The notes under the pieces are model-generated. The model did not search any database. It worked only from the letters and a program-made list of their open reading frames with translations, and was not told the DNA's origin. From positions 1 to 62,859 of the IMG/VR virus record IMGVR_UViG_3300012665_000949: DNA of 62,859 nt. One strand, written 5' to 3'. Position 1 is the first letter of the stretch, and each line of letters begins with the position of its first letter. This document shows positions 8,836-17,573 of this stretch, piece after piece. The DNA is from a virus (Duplodnaviria; Caudoviricetes). The position numbers were made by a program, and so were the translations under genes.

Positions 8836-9060
8836 ATGAGAAACCTCAAGCAACCCACCACAGAGACCGTCACCCAATGGCGTGACCAAGCAGGCGCACT
8901 CTGGTGCGCCCAGATACACTACCCACGGGGTAAGCATGACCCCTACTGGGTCGCAAGCGTTGCGATGGTAGGCACAACCATCTCGATACCCTGCGCCTCT
9001 ATGTCACAGCTCTGGCATGAGATCGGCATCCGCCAAAACAAGCCCCTGCCCGGCGCTTGA
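8836..9060 (+). CDS. Small early protein
   Basis: AAGGAG RBS, MRNLKQ..., 74 aa. Confidence 0.7.
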   Translation: MRNLKQPTTETVTQWRDQAGALWCAQIHYPRGKHDPYWVASVAMVGTTISIPCASMSQLWHEIGIRQNKPLPGA

Positions 9061-9076
9061 GATAGACAGTCTATCT
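9060..9076. promoter_or_regulatory. Palindrome family A
   Basis: AGATAGA CAG TCTATCT at a stop codon. Confidence 0.6.
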
Positions 9077-9095
9077 GGGGTACTTAAAATAATCA

Positions 9096-9413
9096 CTGTC
9101 CGGACTGTCCACTTACTTTCACGCCTGAAAGCAAAGCGTGGACGGCCGCAAACCCGCATGGTTGCGTGGTTCCAAGAAAACTGTCCTCTTCTTCTATATA
9201 TATTTATATAGATATAGAGAAGGAGAATTTGTTTTATATGTTGGCAGGTATGCACACACATATACACATGTATAAAATTAAAGGTGAAGTGTGTTGTCTT
9301 TTTATTTTGGCAAGAATAAGTGGACAGTAGCCTGAGAAACCTAGTAACCATGCGGGTTGCGGGCTGTCCGACATTTGCGTTAAGGCGTGAAAGAATTAGG
9401 ACAGTCCGGACAG
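9096..9413. repeat. ~90-bp imperfect inverted repeat flanking an AT-rich core (candidate replication origin)
   Basis: Arms about 9096-9190 and 9318-9413 share CTGTCCGGACTGTCC, CTTTCACGCCT and AACCCGCATGGTT blocks in inverted orientation; the core is very AT-rich. Confidence 0.75.
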
Positions 9414-9448
9414 ACCCTGTACAATGCGTAATTTTAAGGAGTAAAAGT

Positions 9449-10216
9449 ATGGAAGAAAACCTTCAACCCGCTTGGTTGGCCATGAACACGGCCCGTTTGG
9501 AGCGCCACTTGCGTGAGCACAAGTACCCTGTACCTGTGATGCGCGACATAATGCAGGCGGTTGCCTTGGCCAAGGCACGACAACGCAGGCAGAGAATCAA
9601 AGCCACTGTGTCGCACCAGTTGTGGGATGACATACTGCACGCCGCACGGGATGAGGTGGGCGTGGTGCGCACCATGAAGTCCCAATCCAAACGACACGCC
9701 GGGCCACCGGCCAGCAGTGCAGGGACAGTGGCCAAGTACAAGGCACTGTGTGCGTATGAGGACGTGCTCGTTGAGGTGGTCGCAAAGCTGGTCAAGCTAC
9801 AAAAGGCAGGCGAGTTTGCACCGGGGCAGTTCGTGGCCTTTATCAAGGAAGAGACGGGGCGCATCATCCCCAACAACGGTGAGCACTGGTCAGACTACGT
9901 CAGCGCCAAAGACAGACGCCACGTGTGTGCACTGTTCGATGACGTGCCCGATCCGATCAGGGGCAAGCGCAAGACCCCATTTGAGCGCCGCGTATCTCGT
10001 GAGGAGCACATCATCAAGCGTGCGTCCCTTGTGGGCCAGATGAAGAAAGCGCAGGACGACCTAGACATGGAGCGCAAGGTCACAACCATCCCCGAACTGG
10101 TAGCCGCACTGGACGCCCGAGAGATGGACTTGCAACGTGCCTACATTGCGCTCGATACCCTGAAACCAAACAAACCCGTGCCTGCACGGTGGCAGAGTTT
10201 GTGCAATCTCTTTTAA
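9449..10216 (+). CDS. Early hypothetical protein (helical, basic)
   Basis: AAGGAG RBS, start MEENLQP, 255 aa. Confidence 0.8.
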   Translation: MEENLQPAWLAMNTARLERHLREHKYPVPVMRDIMQAVALAKARQRRQRIKATVSHQLWDDILHAARDEVGVVRTMKSQSKRHAGPPASSAGTVAKYKALCAYEDVLVEVVAKLVKLQKAGEFAPGQFVAFIKEETGRIIPNNGEHWSDYVSAKDRRHVCALFDDVPDPIRGKRKTPFERRVSREEHIIKRASLVGQMKKAQDDLDMERKVTTIPELVAALDAREMDLQRAYIALDTLKPNKPVPARWQSLCNLF

Positions 10217-10219
10217 CCC

Positions 10220-10236
10220 AGATAGATTTTCTATCT
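10220..10236. promoter_or_regulatory. Palindrome family A
   Basis: AGATAGA TTT TCTATCT just after a stop codon. Confidence 0.65.
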
Positions 10237-10306
10237 GACCACTCAACCATGCAACGCCGCCCGCATGGTCGAGCCTACCTTCAAAGGGCGGCGAGGAGAA
10301 ACATCC

Positions 10307-10513
10307 ATGACTGTACTGACCGGATCACAGATCGAGGCGGCTCGCCTCTTAACCCTGCGTCAGATGCTCAAGCTGGAGATGAAAGGCATGAGCAAATCCC
10401 GTGGGCCAACGGCCTACTCAACGCTCAAGATGATGGGCTTCAAGGGCACTCGTGCCAGCGTGCTTGCCCAGCTTGACGCATGGCGTGACAACTTACTAGG
10501 AGAAAGCAAATGA
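10307..10513 (+). CDS. Small early protein
   Basis: GAGGAG RBS, MTVLTGSQ... Confidence 0.75.
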   Translation: MTVLTGSQIEAARLLTLRQMLKLEMKGMSKSRGPTAYSTLKMMGFKGTRASVLAQLDAWRDNLLGESK

Positions 10514-10719
10514 AAGCAATGGACTTAGACCACGACATGCTGCTCGATGCGGCACGACTGATGGAGAGCCAAGGCGGTAGCTTCGCAGGGCACATCGCCC
10601 GAGCGTTCTACTGCGCCGACAGCACCAACAGGGAGCGCCTACTCATAGCGTTCGATGACTTGTTCTGCAAGTACTACCGACAGCACCGCCTGTATGAACT
10701 CAACCAAGGAGAAATGTAA
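10510..10719 (+). CDS. Small early protein
   Basis: AGGAG RBS; GGSF...A...AD..N..RL..AF pattern common in phage early proteins. Confidence 0.75.
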   Translation: MKAMDLDHDMLLDAARLMESQGGSFAGHIARAFYCADSTNRERLLIAFDDLFCKYYRQHRLYELNQGEM

Positions 10720-11093
10720 TGAAGACAAGTGAACTGACAGGAGCCGCCCTTGATTGGGCGGTGGCGCAAGCCGAAGGGCTACTGGCCTTTGGATGGGAGG
10801 ATGACATGGGTCTGCTCAAGATCACGCTTTCCACTGGCGAGACCGAGTACTTCATACCGACCATGAAATGGGAGCAAGGCGGGCCGATCATTGAGCGTGA
10901 GTGCATCTGTATTCACCAGCGCATGGGCGAGACAGCATGGTGGGCAGACTACGCTAATCCGCAGGTTAAGCCCGACGGTACAGGCCATCGTTTTTTGTTT
11001 AAGCAAGCCCCCACGCCACTTGTCGCCGCCATGCGGTGCTACGTTGCATCCAAGATGGGTGCTGAGATTGACTTACCAAAGGAGCTGACATGA
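10719..11093 (+). CDS. DUF2591/NinX-like phage protein
   Basis: ELTGAALDWAVAQAEG, W.QGGPIIERE.I and TPLVAAMRCYVASK motifs. Confidence 0.7.
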   Translation: MKTSELTGAALDWAVAQAEGLLAFGWEDDMGLLKITLSTGETEYFIPTMKWEQGGPIIERECICIHQRMGETAWWADYANPQVKPDGTGHRFLFKQAPTPLVAAMRCYVASKMGAEIDLPKELT

Positions 11094-11323
11094 AAGACCA
11101 ACACTTCTTCGCCGCAAGCGCAATGCAGTGGGCAACGACCGACGAGACGCGAGACTTGCCCGCACTGCTCGACCTGATGAACAAGGACGGGTACACATAC
11201 AACCTGTTCAGTGTGCCCGTACCGCACACCACAGACTACAACATCAACATGTACCAGCCCCAAGTCGAGGGCACTGAGTGGCTTGGCACATTCACAGTGC
11301 CCAAGAAGAAAGCACGCAAGTAA
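11090..11323 (+). CDS. Small early protein
   Basis: AAGGAG RBS, ATGA overlap. Confidence 0.7.
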   Translation: MKDQHFFAASAMQWATTDETRDLPALLDLMNKDGYTYNLFSVPVPHTTDYNINMYQPQVEGTEWLGTFTVPKKKARK

Positions 11324-11326
11324 TCA

Positions 11327-11343
11327 AGATAGATTTTCTATCT
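11327..11343. promoter_or_regulatory. Palindrome family A
   Basis: AGATAGA TTT TCTATCT just after a stop codon. Confidence 0.65.
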
Positions 11344-11413
11344 GACGCCTTGATGGGTGGCGACCATACCGGTATACCCATCATTCCAAACTTGAAACTA
11401 AGGAGAAAGCAAA

Positions 11414-12832
11414 ATGCCTACATGGAAAAATCAAAACGCTGCCTACGAGTGGATGGACAATGTGTTCCTTGCCGCTGGGCGCATCGTCGCTGACGGCTTG
11501 CATGAGCGAATCAGCATGGGTAACTGGGTCGTTGTCCGTGCTGGTCGGCCGTGGTTCCGTCAGCAACGCGACCGCCACCAACTGCACCCTGCTGTGTACG
11601 ACATCATTGTCAAGCACCTGTACCGCCCCGAGGACTGGCAACAACTGCTGCTTGAGTGGCCACACAAGTCTCTGACTGACCCCAACCGCCTAGCCTACAC
11701 ACGCAACGAGCAAGCGGCTATGCACAACGGCGACAGCGATGCCAAGGCGGTCGTGACCACCATCGGTAAGTATCTGACGCGTCACTTCCCTGACGTATCG
11801 AGCAACCTTATCCGTGACATCACCGCGCAGTACACATACGGCGGCTCGACCATCATCGTCAAGGACATGGACAAGATGGTGCACGCAGTCATCCACGGGC
11901 CTCGCTCGTGCATGAGTAGCAGCTTCGACATCCTGTGCCACGACCGCGTGGAGCGTCATCCCTACGCTGTGTACGACCCAGCGCTTGGCTGGGGCATGGC
12001 TGTGCGGACTGACAGTGACGGCATGGTGCTGGGCCGTTGCCTTGTGCATGAGAGCGATGACGGCAAGGGGTTTGTGCGCTCATACAAACGTGAGCGTGAG
12101 TACAGCTCCCACTCAGGCACTGACGAGGCTATCGAGGCTTACTTGACGGGCTTGGGTTATGCCAAGTGGCGCGGCTGGCCTGACCACATACGGGTCATGC
12201 GCTACCCGCTACGCAATGAGGGGTACTTGATGCCCTACATCGACGGCGGCAACCAGCACGTTGAGGAAGACAGCGATGGTCAGTTCCGCATCTCAGACTA
12301 CAGCGGGTGGGAGGCGAGCAACACCAGCGGCATCATCAACGGCTACACCTGTACCTGCGATGACTGCGGCCAAGGCATGGACGAGGACGACAGCTACTCG
12401 ATCGGCTATCACGGTGACAGTCGTGTCGGCGAGTGCTGTATCGACAACTACACGAGGGTCACGGGTCGTAGGCGTGATGAGTACTATGTGGACAACGACC
12501 GCGCAGTGCGTGCGGACGATGAGTACTACGACAGCGAGTACCTTGACGACAACAACATCGTTGAGCTGCATGACGGTGAGTACACGCACAGTGACAACGC
12601 TGTGTACATCGAGTCGTGTGATGCGTACTACCATGTCGATGACGACGACATCGTTCACACCGAGGACTCAAACCAGTACGAGTTGCGCGAAGACTGCTGG
12701 TGCTGTGCTGAGTCAGGCAACTGGTACACCGACGACGAGGACAGCGTAGAGATTGACGGCAAGCTGTACCACCCCGACCATGCGCCTGAGCCTGAAGAAA
12801 CAACCAACGAAACTGATGGAGAAACAGCATGA
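11414..12832 (+). CDS. Hypothetical protein with acidic Tyr/Cys-rich repeat C-terminus
   Basis: 472 aa; SCM, GRCLV and PYID motifs; C-terminal D/E/Y repeats with CxxC. Confidence 0.8.
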   Translation: MPTWKNQNAAYEWMDNVFLAAGRIVADGLHERISMGNWVVVRAGRPWFRQQRDRHQLHPAVYDIIVKHLYRPEDWQQLLLEWPHKSLTDPNRLAYTRNEQAAMHNGDSDAKAVVTTIGKYLTRHFPDVSSNLIRDITAQYTYGGSTIIVKDMDKMVHAVIHGPRSCMSSSFDILCHDRVERHPYAVYDPALGWGMAVRTDSDGMVLGRCLVHESDDGKGFVRSYKREREYSSHSGTDEAIEAYLTGLGYAKWRGWPDHIRVMRYPLRNEGYLMPYIDGGNQHVEEDSDGQFRISDYSGWEASNTSGIINGYTCTCDDCGQGMDEDDSYSIGYHGDSRVGECCIDNYTRVTGRRRDEYYVDNDRAVRADDEYYDSEYLDDNNIVELHDGEYTHSDNAVYIESCDAYYHVDDDDIVHTEDSNQYELREDCWCCAESGNWYTDDEDSVEIDGKLYHPDHAPEPEETTNETDGETA

Positions 12833-13959
12833 ACAAACACACTATCCTGTACAAGACACTGGCCCGTGCCCTGTCGATGATGCGCCCACACAACAGCGAG
12901 GGTACACGCCGCTTGACTGACTGGCTTGAAGAACGTGCACACAAGCTACCCAACGCCATGATCTGGCGTGACGAGGCGGGCAACCTGCACGTTGACACAC
13001 GCTTGAGCGCATCCAACCGGACGCTGTTCGTGGCGCACGTTGACACTGTGCACCGCAAGGAAGGCCCCAACAAGATCAAGCAGACGCCAACCTACTGGTA
13101 CGCTGACGGTGCAGCTTTGGGAGCCGATGATGGGGCGGGCGTGGCGATGCTCATGCACCTGATGCACGCTGGTGTGCCTGCCTACTACATCTTCACGCAA
13201 GGTGAGGAGTGCGGCGGTATCGGTGCTACGCATCTGGCCAAGCACGACAGCAAGCTCCTGTCTGAGTTCGACCGGGCCATTGCCTTTGACCGCAGGGGTA
13301 TCGACAGCGTCATCACGCACCAAGGTCGTGGGCGTTGCTGCTCTGATGCGTTTGCCGATGCGCTCAGTGATGCGCTCAACGCTGACCTGACGCTCATGTA
13401 CCTGCCCGACAGCACTGGCGTGTACACCGACACGGCCGAATTCATCGAGGTCATACCCGAGTGCACCAACATCAGCGTGGGCTACTACTCTGAGCACAGC
13501 GACAAGGAGTCGCTCGACATCATCCACTTCCAAGCACTGGCTGACAGGGTTGCGCTCATCGACTGGGACAGCTTGCCTACTGACCGTGACCCGACTGTGG
13601 TTGAGTACCTAGACTGGGGGTGGGGGGCCCATGCGGGGACATCTCTGACGGGTGTCAGTGCTGTGGGCACGGGCGAGTGGGCCAACTGGCATCACCTGCG
13701 CGATGATGACGAGTGGGACTATGACTCCTACACCATCGAGCTTCAGGAGGCTTTGTACGATGCTCAGGCTGGCTCCAAGCAGTGGCTGATCGAGCTGATG
13801 TGTGAGTCCGTGTGGCCCGAAGACCCGGAGATGGCCGAGCGCCTGATCGACCGCAACAAGATAGACGAGCAGGTGCTTGCCACTGCGCTCAAGCACAGCG
13901 CAACGTATGACCCCACCGCTGTGCTGGCCGAGATATTCGACCAGTCCTACGCCAATTAA
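12829..13959 (+). CDS. Zn-dependent exopeptidase (M20/M28-like)
   Basis: AHVDTVH, LGADDGAG, GEECGGIG, AFDRRG and NISVGYYSEH metal-ligand motifs. Confidence 0.8.
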   Translation: MNKHTILYKTLARALSMMRPHNSEGTRRLTDWLEERAHKLPNAMIWRDEAGNLHVDTRLSASNRTLFVAHVDTVHRKEGPNKIKQTPTYWYADGAALGADDGAGVAMLMHLMHAGVPAYYIFTQGEECGGIGATHLAKHDSKLLSEFDRAIAFDRRGIDSVITHQGRGRCCSDAFADALSDALNADLTLMYLPDSTGVYTDTAEFIEVIPECTNISVGYYSEHSDKESLDIIHFQALADRVALIDWDSLPTDRDPTVVEYLDWGWGAHAGTSLTGVSAVGTGEWANWHHLRDDDEWDYDSYTIELQEALYDAQAGSKQWLIELMCESVWPEDPEMAERLIDRNKIDEQVLATALKHSATYDPTAVLAEIFDQSYAN

Positions 13960-13974
13960 CCAAGGAGATAGAAG

Positions 13975-14253
13975 ATGAAGAAAGTAAGCGATTCGGCCAA
14001 GGCCGCTGCGGTGATGCACTTTGTGTCTGACAGCGGAGACACGGCCCTCACGCCAGAGATGGCGGTGGAGTTGTTCAACGAGTTGGGCCAGACCTTCGGC
14101 CCGATCAATGGCGTGCTAGACAAGTACGAAATGACGCGCTGGAGTAGGTACGACAATGTGGACGACGCCGAGTGGTGGGAGCAGCTTGAGTTGCTGGCAC
14201 ATGTTATCGACGCCATGTTCGACTACTTTGAGTTTCCACCACAGGAGTTTTGA
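13975..14253 (+). CDS. Acidic hypothetical protein
   Basis: AAGGAG RBS, 92 aa. Confidence 0.7.
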   Translation: MKKVSDSAKAAAVMHFVSDSGDTALTPEMAVELFNELGQTFGPINGVLDKYEMTRWSRYDNVDDAEWWEQLELLAHVIDAMFDYFEFPPQEF

Positions 14254-14255
14254 CC

Positions 14256-14381
14256 ATGCCCAAATACAACGGGCCAGCCAAGCCCATACCCACGTACCGC
14301 GAACCCATCACCGACAGGGGTGAGCGTGTGATTTTTCTTTTGTTGGCCATCTTCATGGCCGTGTTTCTTTACTTGGAGTGA
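14256..14381 (+). CDS. Small membrane peptide (41 aa)
   Basis: AGGAG RBS; MPKYNG...VIFLLLAIFMAVFLYLE; below the ORF-track cutoff. Confidence 0.6.
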   Translation: MPKYNGPAKPIPTYREPITDRGERVIFLLLAIFMAVFLYLE

Positions 14382-14384
14382 ACT

Positions 14385-14600
14385 ATGAAAACACTTGACC
14401 AACTACAAGCCGAGCTTGAGCAGGCCATCAAGGACTGCGACCGCTACGACAGGCCCGCGCACGCTGTGCGTAACTGCCCGTCTGACCTGCAAAACTACGA
14501 CCAAGCGTGGCGGCGTAGGCGCAGTCTTGACTACCAAATCGCGGAATTGCAAAAAGAATTGCAAATTACCATTGACAAATGTCTAACGCTCGACAAATAA
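14385..14600 (+). CDS. Small coiled-coil protein
   Basis: GGAG RBS, 71 aa. Confidence 0.65.
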   Translation: MKTLDQLQAELEQAIKDCDRYDRPAHAVRNCPSDLQNYDQAWRRRRSLDYQIAELQKELQITIDKCLTLDK

Positions 14601-14601
14601 T
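14572..14601 (+). promoter_or_regulatory. Putative promoter with operator family B in its spacer
   Basis: TTGACA(14572-77)-N18-AATAAT; TGTCTAACGCTCGACA at 14580-14595. Confidence 0.5.
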
Positions 14602-14622
14602 CCCATTTCCAAGGAGAAAACT

Positions 14623-14826
14623 ATGAAAGAAAAAGCAACCCGCAAGCCGGTCTATCCATCTGTGCCTGTTCAAGACTTCAAGTGGACATCAGGCGCTGAT
14701 GTGCAAGCCACATGGCGCAAGTGGGGCTGGACGCCCCCATCTGAAGCGCTACCCCCACCACCCCCTGAGAAACCTATGCCCATTGCTGCTACCACAGCCG
14801 TGCCCCGCATCCATCGCTTTAAATAA
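14623..14826 (+). CDS. Small Pro-rich protein
   Basis: AAGGAG RBS; DVQATWRKWGWTPPS. Confidence 0.7.
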   Translation: MKEKATRKPVYPSVPVQDFKWTSGADVQATWRKWGWTPPSEALPPPPPEKPMPIAATTAVPRIHRFK

Positions 14827-14841
14827 CCTAAGGAGAATTTC

Positions 14842-15480
14842 ATGCCCGATATCAAAACTGCGCTTGAGAAGGCGCTTGCACAAACAGCAAACGCATGGGC
14901 CGCAGATGATGAAGCCCATCAACAAAGTCCACAACAGGAGAAACCCATGACTACCCTCGCCCCTATCACCACTCCAAAAGCCAAAACTTATGAGCGCAAC
15001 AACGTGTCGCGCACTACGTTCGAATACATCCGGAAAAATCCGGGCCTGACCGTTAACCAAATCATAGCCGCGCTTGTGGAGCAAGGGTTCAAAGAGACCT
15101 CGGTGTCATCTCTGTGCTATCAGATGATGCGGGTACGGTTGGTTGTGGCTGATTCCAACGGCAAGATGACCGCTGTGGTGCAGGAGTACGTGCCCATTCA
15201 ATCAAACAAACGCAGACGCAAGGCCAAGCCCAAAGCCAACGCCAAACCTGTGGCGGATGTGGCACCAGCGCCTATCAGAATCCAAAGAGACCTTACTGGC
15301 TTGCCATCACTGCGCAAGCATGTGGAGATAACCAACATTCGCACCGGAGAGGTCATCAATCCAAAGCCAGCACCCGCCCCTGCGGAGAAAGATTGGCAGC
15401 CTAGCGATGTGATCGACCAGTTATCCGTACGCCAAGCACTCGCGCTGTTCAAAGAGTTGCGCAACATTTTGGTGGGGTGA
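14842..15480 (+). CDS. Probable winged-helix DNA-binding protein
   Basis: TFEYIRKNPGLTVNQIIAAL...SVSSLCYQM wHTH-like segment followed by a basic tail. Confidence 0.55.
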   Translation: MPDIKTALEKALAQTANAWAADDEAHQQSPQQEKPMTTLAPITTPKAKTYERNNVSRTTFEYIRKNPGLTVNQIIAALVEQGFKETSVSSLCYQMMRVRLVVADSNGKMTAVVQEYVPIQSNKRRRKAKPKANAKPVADVAPAPIRIQRDLTGLPSLRKHVEITNIRTGEVINPKPAPAPAEKDWQPSDVIDQLSVRQALALFKELRNILVG

Positions 15481-15483
15481 AGC

Positions 15484-15576
15484 ATGAATACATGCAAACA
15501 CAGGTGGGAGCCCATCGAAGGGCCGGGTATGTACAAGTGCGCCCGATGCGGCGCATTCAGGAGGATTATCAAATGA
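15484..15576 (+). CDS. Mini zinc-finger peptide (30 aa)
   Basis: MNTCKHRW...YKCARCG; ATGA overlap with the next gene. Confidence 0.5.
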   Translation: MNTCKHRWEPIEGPGMYKCARCGAFRRIIK

Positions 15577-15809
15577 GCGACTCTTACGATGACTACTGCA
15601 TTCAGATGGCCCTTGTTGAGAAGGTAGTGGAAGAACAAGAAGCCCGGCGCAACTTCAGGACAGAGGTGTGGATAACAAAGGACGGGCGAAAGATTGCCAT
15701 CAAAGACATGGATGACAGCCACCTGTACAACGCATACAAACACAGCCAAAACAGTTTGATGTTCCGCGAGATGGTGCTGCGACTTTTTGAAGAAAGGATG
15801 AAGAAATGA
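15573..15809 (+). CDS. Hypothetical protein
   Basis: AGGAGG RBS; WITKDGRKIAIKDMDDSHLYN. Confidence 0.7.
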   Translation: MSDSYDDYCIQMALVEKVVEEQEARRNFRTEVWITKDGRKIAIKDMDDSHLYNAYKHSQNSLMFREMVLRLFEERMKK

Positions 15810-16084
15810 ACAACACAAACACAGGTGGGCCAGCGTTTCCAACGTCAGATTGGGACGAGAACGACAAAGCGTACAAGATGCACGGCATCACAGCCAGAGA
15901 TTACTTTGCGGCACACGCCACAGAGGAGGACATTTGCACGGCCATGAGTTTGGTAAAAAAAGTTGAGGTGGTGCGCGATCTGGGCAACGGACACAAAGTA
16001 ATCGAGAGGTGTTACCCGGAAAACACTCGACAAATTGCCAGATACATTCACGCAGACGCCATGCTGAAAGCGAGGGAAGCATGA
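15806..16084 (+). CDS. Conserved small phage protein
   Basis: GGPAFP...GITARDYFAA...ADAMLKARE pattern. Confidence 0.75.
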   Translation: MNNTNTGGPAFPTSDWDENDKAYKMHGITARDYFAAHATEEDICTAMSLVKKVEVVRDLGNGHKVIERCYPENTRQIARYIHADAMLKAREA

Positions 16085-16191
16085 TCGAAGACGAAGACAA
16101 GCCCACCCCAGCGGACGGGCAACTGGTGTGGGTGGTGGTGGCATTCATTGTGCTGATGCTGGGTTTGTTGACATTGAGGAGTTGTTTATGA
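16081..16191 (+). CDS. Small membrane peptide
   Basis: MIEDEDK...VWVVVAFIVLMLGLLTL. Confidence 0.55.
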   Translation: MIEDEDKPTPADGQLVWVVVAFIVLMLGLLTLRSCL

Positions 16192-16379
16192 CCCCCGAAG
16201 AACGTGAGAAGGCCATCAAGCGCAAGCCGTGGAAGTTCTGCCGCAAGTGCAAGTGCGACATCAAGTCGCCCACTCAATACTGCTATGACTGCTACAAGGG
16301 TCATAACTTTACCGCCAGCCCATATGGGCTGATCAACGCAAACAAGGCGTTTAAATTTGTACCTTCGGAGAACAGATGA
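16188..16379 (+). CDS. Small zinc-finger protein
   Basis: GAGGAG RBS; CRKC...CYDC. Confidence 0.6.
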   Translation: MTPEEREKAIKRKPWKFCRKCKCDIKSPTQYCYDCYKGHNFTASPYGLINANKAFKFVPSENR

Positions 16380-16579
16380 AAACTGTATTTGAACTGATAG
16401 AAGCCAACGGGCTGACCTTGCATGGTGACATTGAACACTTTGCAGAGCTTGTCCGTGCCGAAGCACAGCGCACATTCGTGCCGGATGCCATGACCCACGA
16501 TGAAGGCGAGACCGTACAGTACGTGGCTGGCTGGAACGATTGCCGTGAATTAATGTTGAGAACAAGGAACCCTAAATGA
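16376..16579 (+). CDS. Hypothetical protein
   Basis: ATGA overlaps; YVAGWNDCR motif. Confidence 0.65.
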   Translation: MKTVFELIEANGLTLHGDIEHFAELVRAEAQRTFVPDAMTHDEGETVQYVAGWNDCRELMLRTRNPK

Positions 16580-16761
16580 AATGTAAATGCCGCACCGACT
16601 CGCCCTTTCACTGGGCGCACAACCCACAGCCGAGCATCTTTGTGAAGGATGTTTACTTCCGAGCCAAGAATGTAGTTGCGACAACTGACTACCGGGCTTT
16701 CGGTATATACAGTAGGGCCACGCCGCACATCAAACCGCAGCTCAACAAGCACGAACTATGA
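16576..16761 (+). CDS. Hypothetical protein
   Basis: ATGA overlaps on both sides. Confidence 0.55.
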   Translation: MKCKCRTDSPFHWAHNPQPSIFVKDVYFRAKNVVATTDYRAFGIYSRATPHIKPQLNKHEL

Positions 16762-17006
16762 GAACCAACACCACGCGGTCATTGCGTACACTACTCAGAA
16801 CCCATCCTGATGGGCTGGATGTGGGCACGATTGCCAACACCCTTGAGCGTGAGCCAAGCAACATCCGCAAGCTACTTGCTGGGATGCCTGACGCTTACAT
16901 CGACAGGTGGATGCGGCACCCCCGCAACCCACCGACAGCCATCTGGTGTGTCGTAACACCCCCAGACAATTGCCCCAAACCCGACAACCAAAGGAGAGTG
17001 AAATGA
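16758..17006 (+). CDS. Small HTH-like protein
   Basis: LLRTHPDGLDVGTIANTLEREPSNIRKLL. Confidence 0.55.
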   Translation: MRTNTTRSLRTLLRTHPDGLDVGTIANTLEREPSNIRKLLAGMPDAYIDRWMRHPRNPPTAIWCVVTPPDNCPKPDNQRRVK

Positions 17007-17284
17007 AACAAATGGAATTATTCCCTGCTGACGCAGGCCGCCTCAACGCGGGCACCAACGGCACCACGGCCGATGACATGCAGGTCAGCGGCAACCACTA
17101 CAAGGACATGCCGATCCAGCCTTGGCACATCATGGAAGCCGTGCTGACATACGAGGAGTTTGTCGGGTTCCTCAAAGGCAACATCATCAAGTACAGCCTG
17201 CGTGCTGGGCGCAAGGACGGCAGCGATGACGCTGGCAAGGCCAAGCACTACATGCAAAAGCTCAAGGAGATGCAGCGTGGCTGA
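17003..17284 (+). CDS. DUF3310/SaV-like protein
   Basis: QVSGNHYK..IQPW...GFLKGNIIKY..RAGRK...D.GKAKHY. Confidence 0.8.
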   Translation: MKQMELFPADAGRLNAGTNGTTADDMQVSGNHYKDMPIQPWHIMEAVLTYEEFVGFLKGNIIKYSLRAGRKDGSDDAGKAKHYMQKLKEMQRG

Positions 17285-17573
17285 TACCCCAGAGAAGAAG
17301 GTCAAGAACGCTGTGCGCAAGATGCTGGACCGCTTGGGCATCTACCACTTCATGCCTCCGGGCATGGGGCTGGGGCGCTCGGGCATTCCCGACATCATCG
17401 GCTGCTACAAGGGGCGCTTCGTCGCCATCGAGTGCAAGGCTGGCAAGGGCAAGACCACAGCGCTGCAAGAGCGTGAGTTGATCGCTATCTGTAACGCTGG
17501 TGGGTTCACGTTCGTGGCCCGTGAAGACACTATGGAAGAACTGGAAGGAAGGCTACTGCTATGGATAAGCTAA
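17277..17573 (+). CDS. VRR-NUC nuclease
   Basis: PEKKVK...GIPDIIGCYKGRFVAIECKAG...TALQ. Confidence 0.85.
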   Translation: MADTPEKKVKNAVRKMLDRLGIYHFMPPGMGLGRSGIPDIIGCYKGRFVAIECKAGKGKTTALQERELIAICNAGGFTFVAREDTMEELEGRLLLWIS

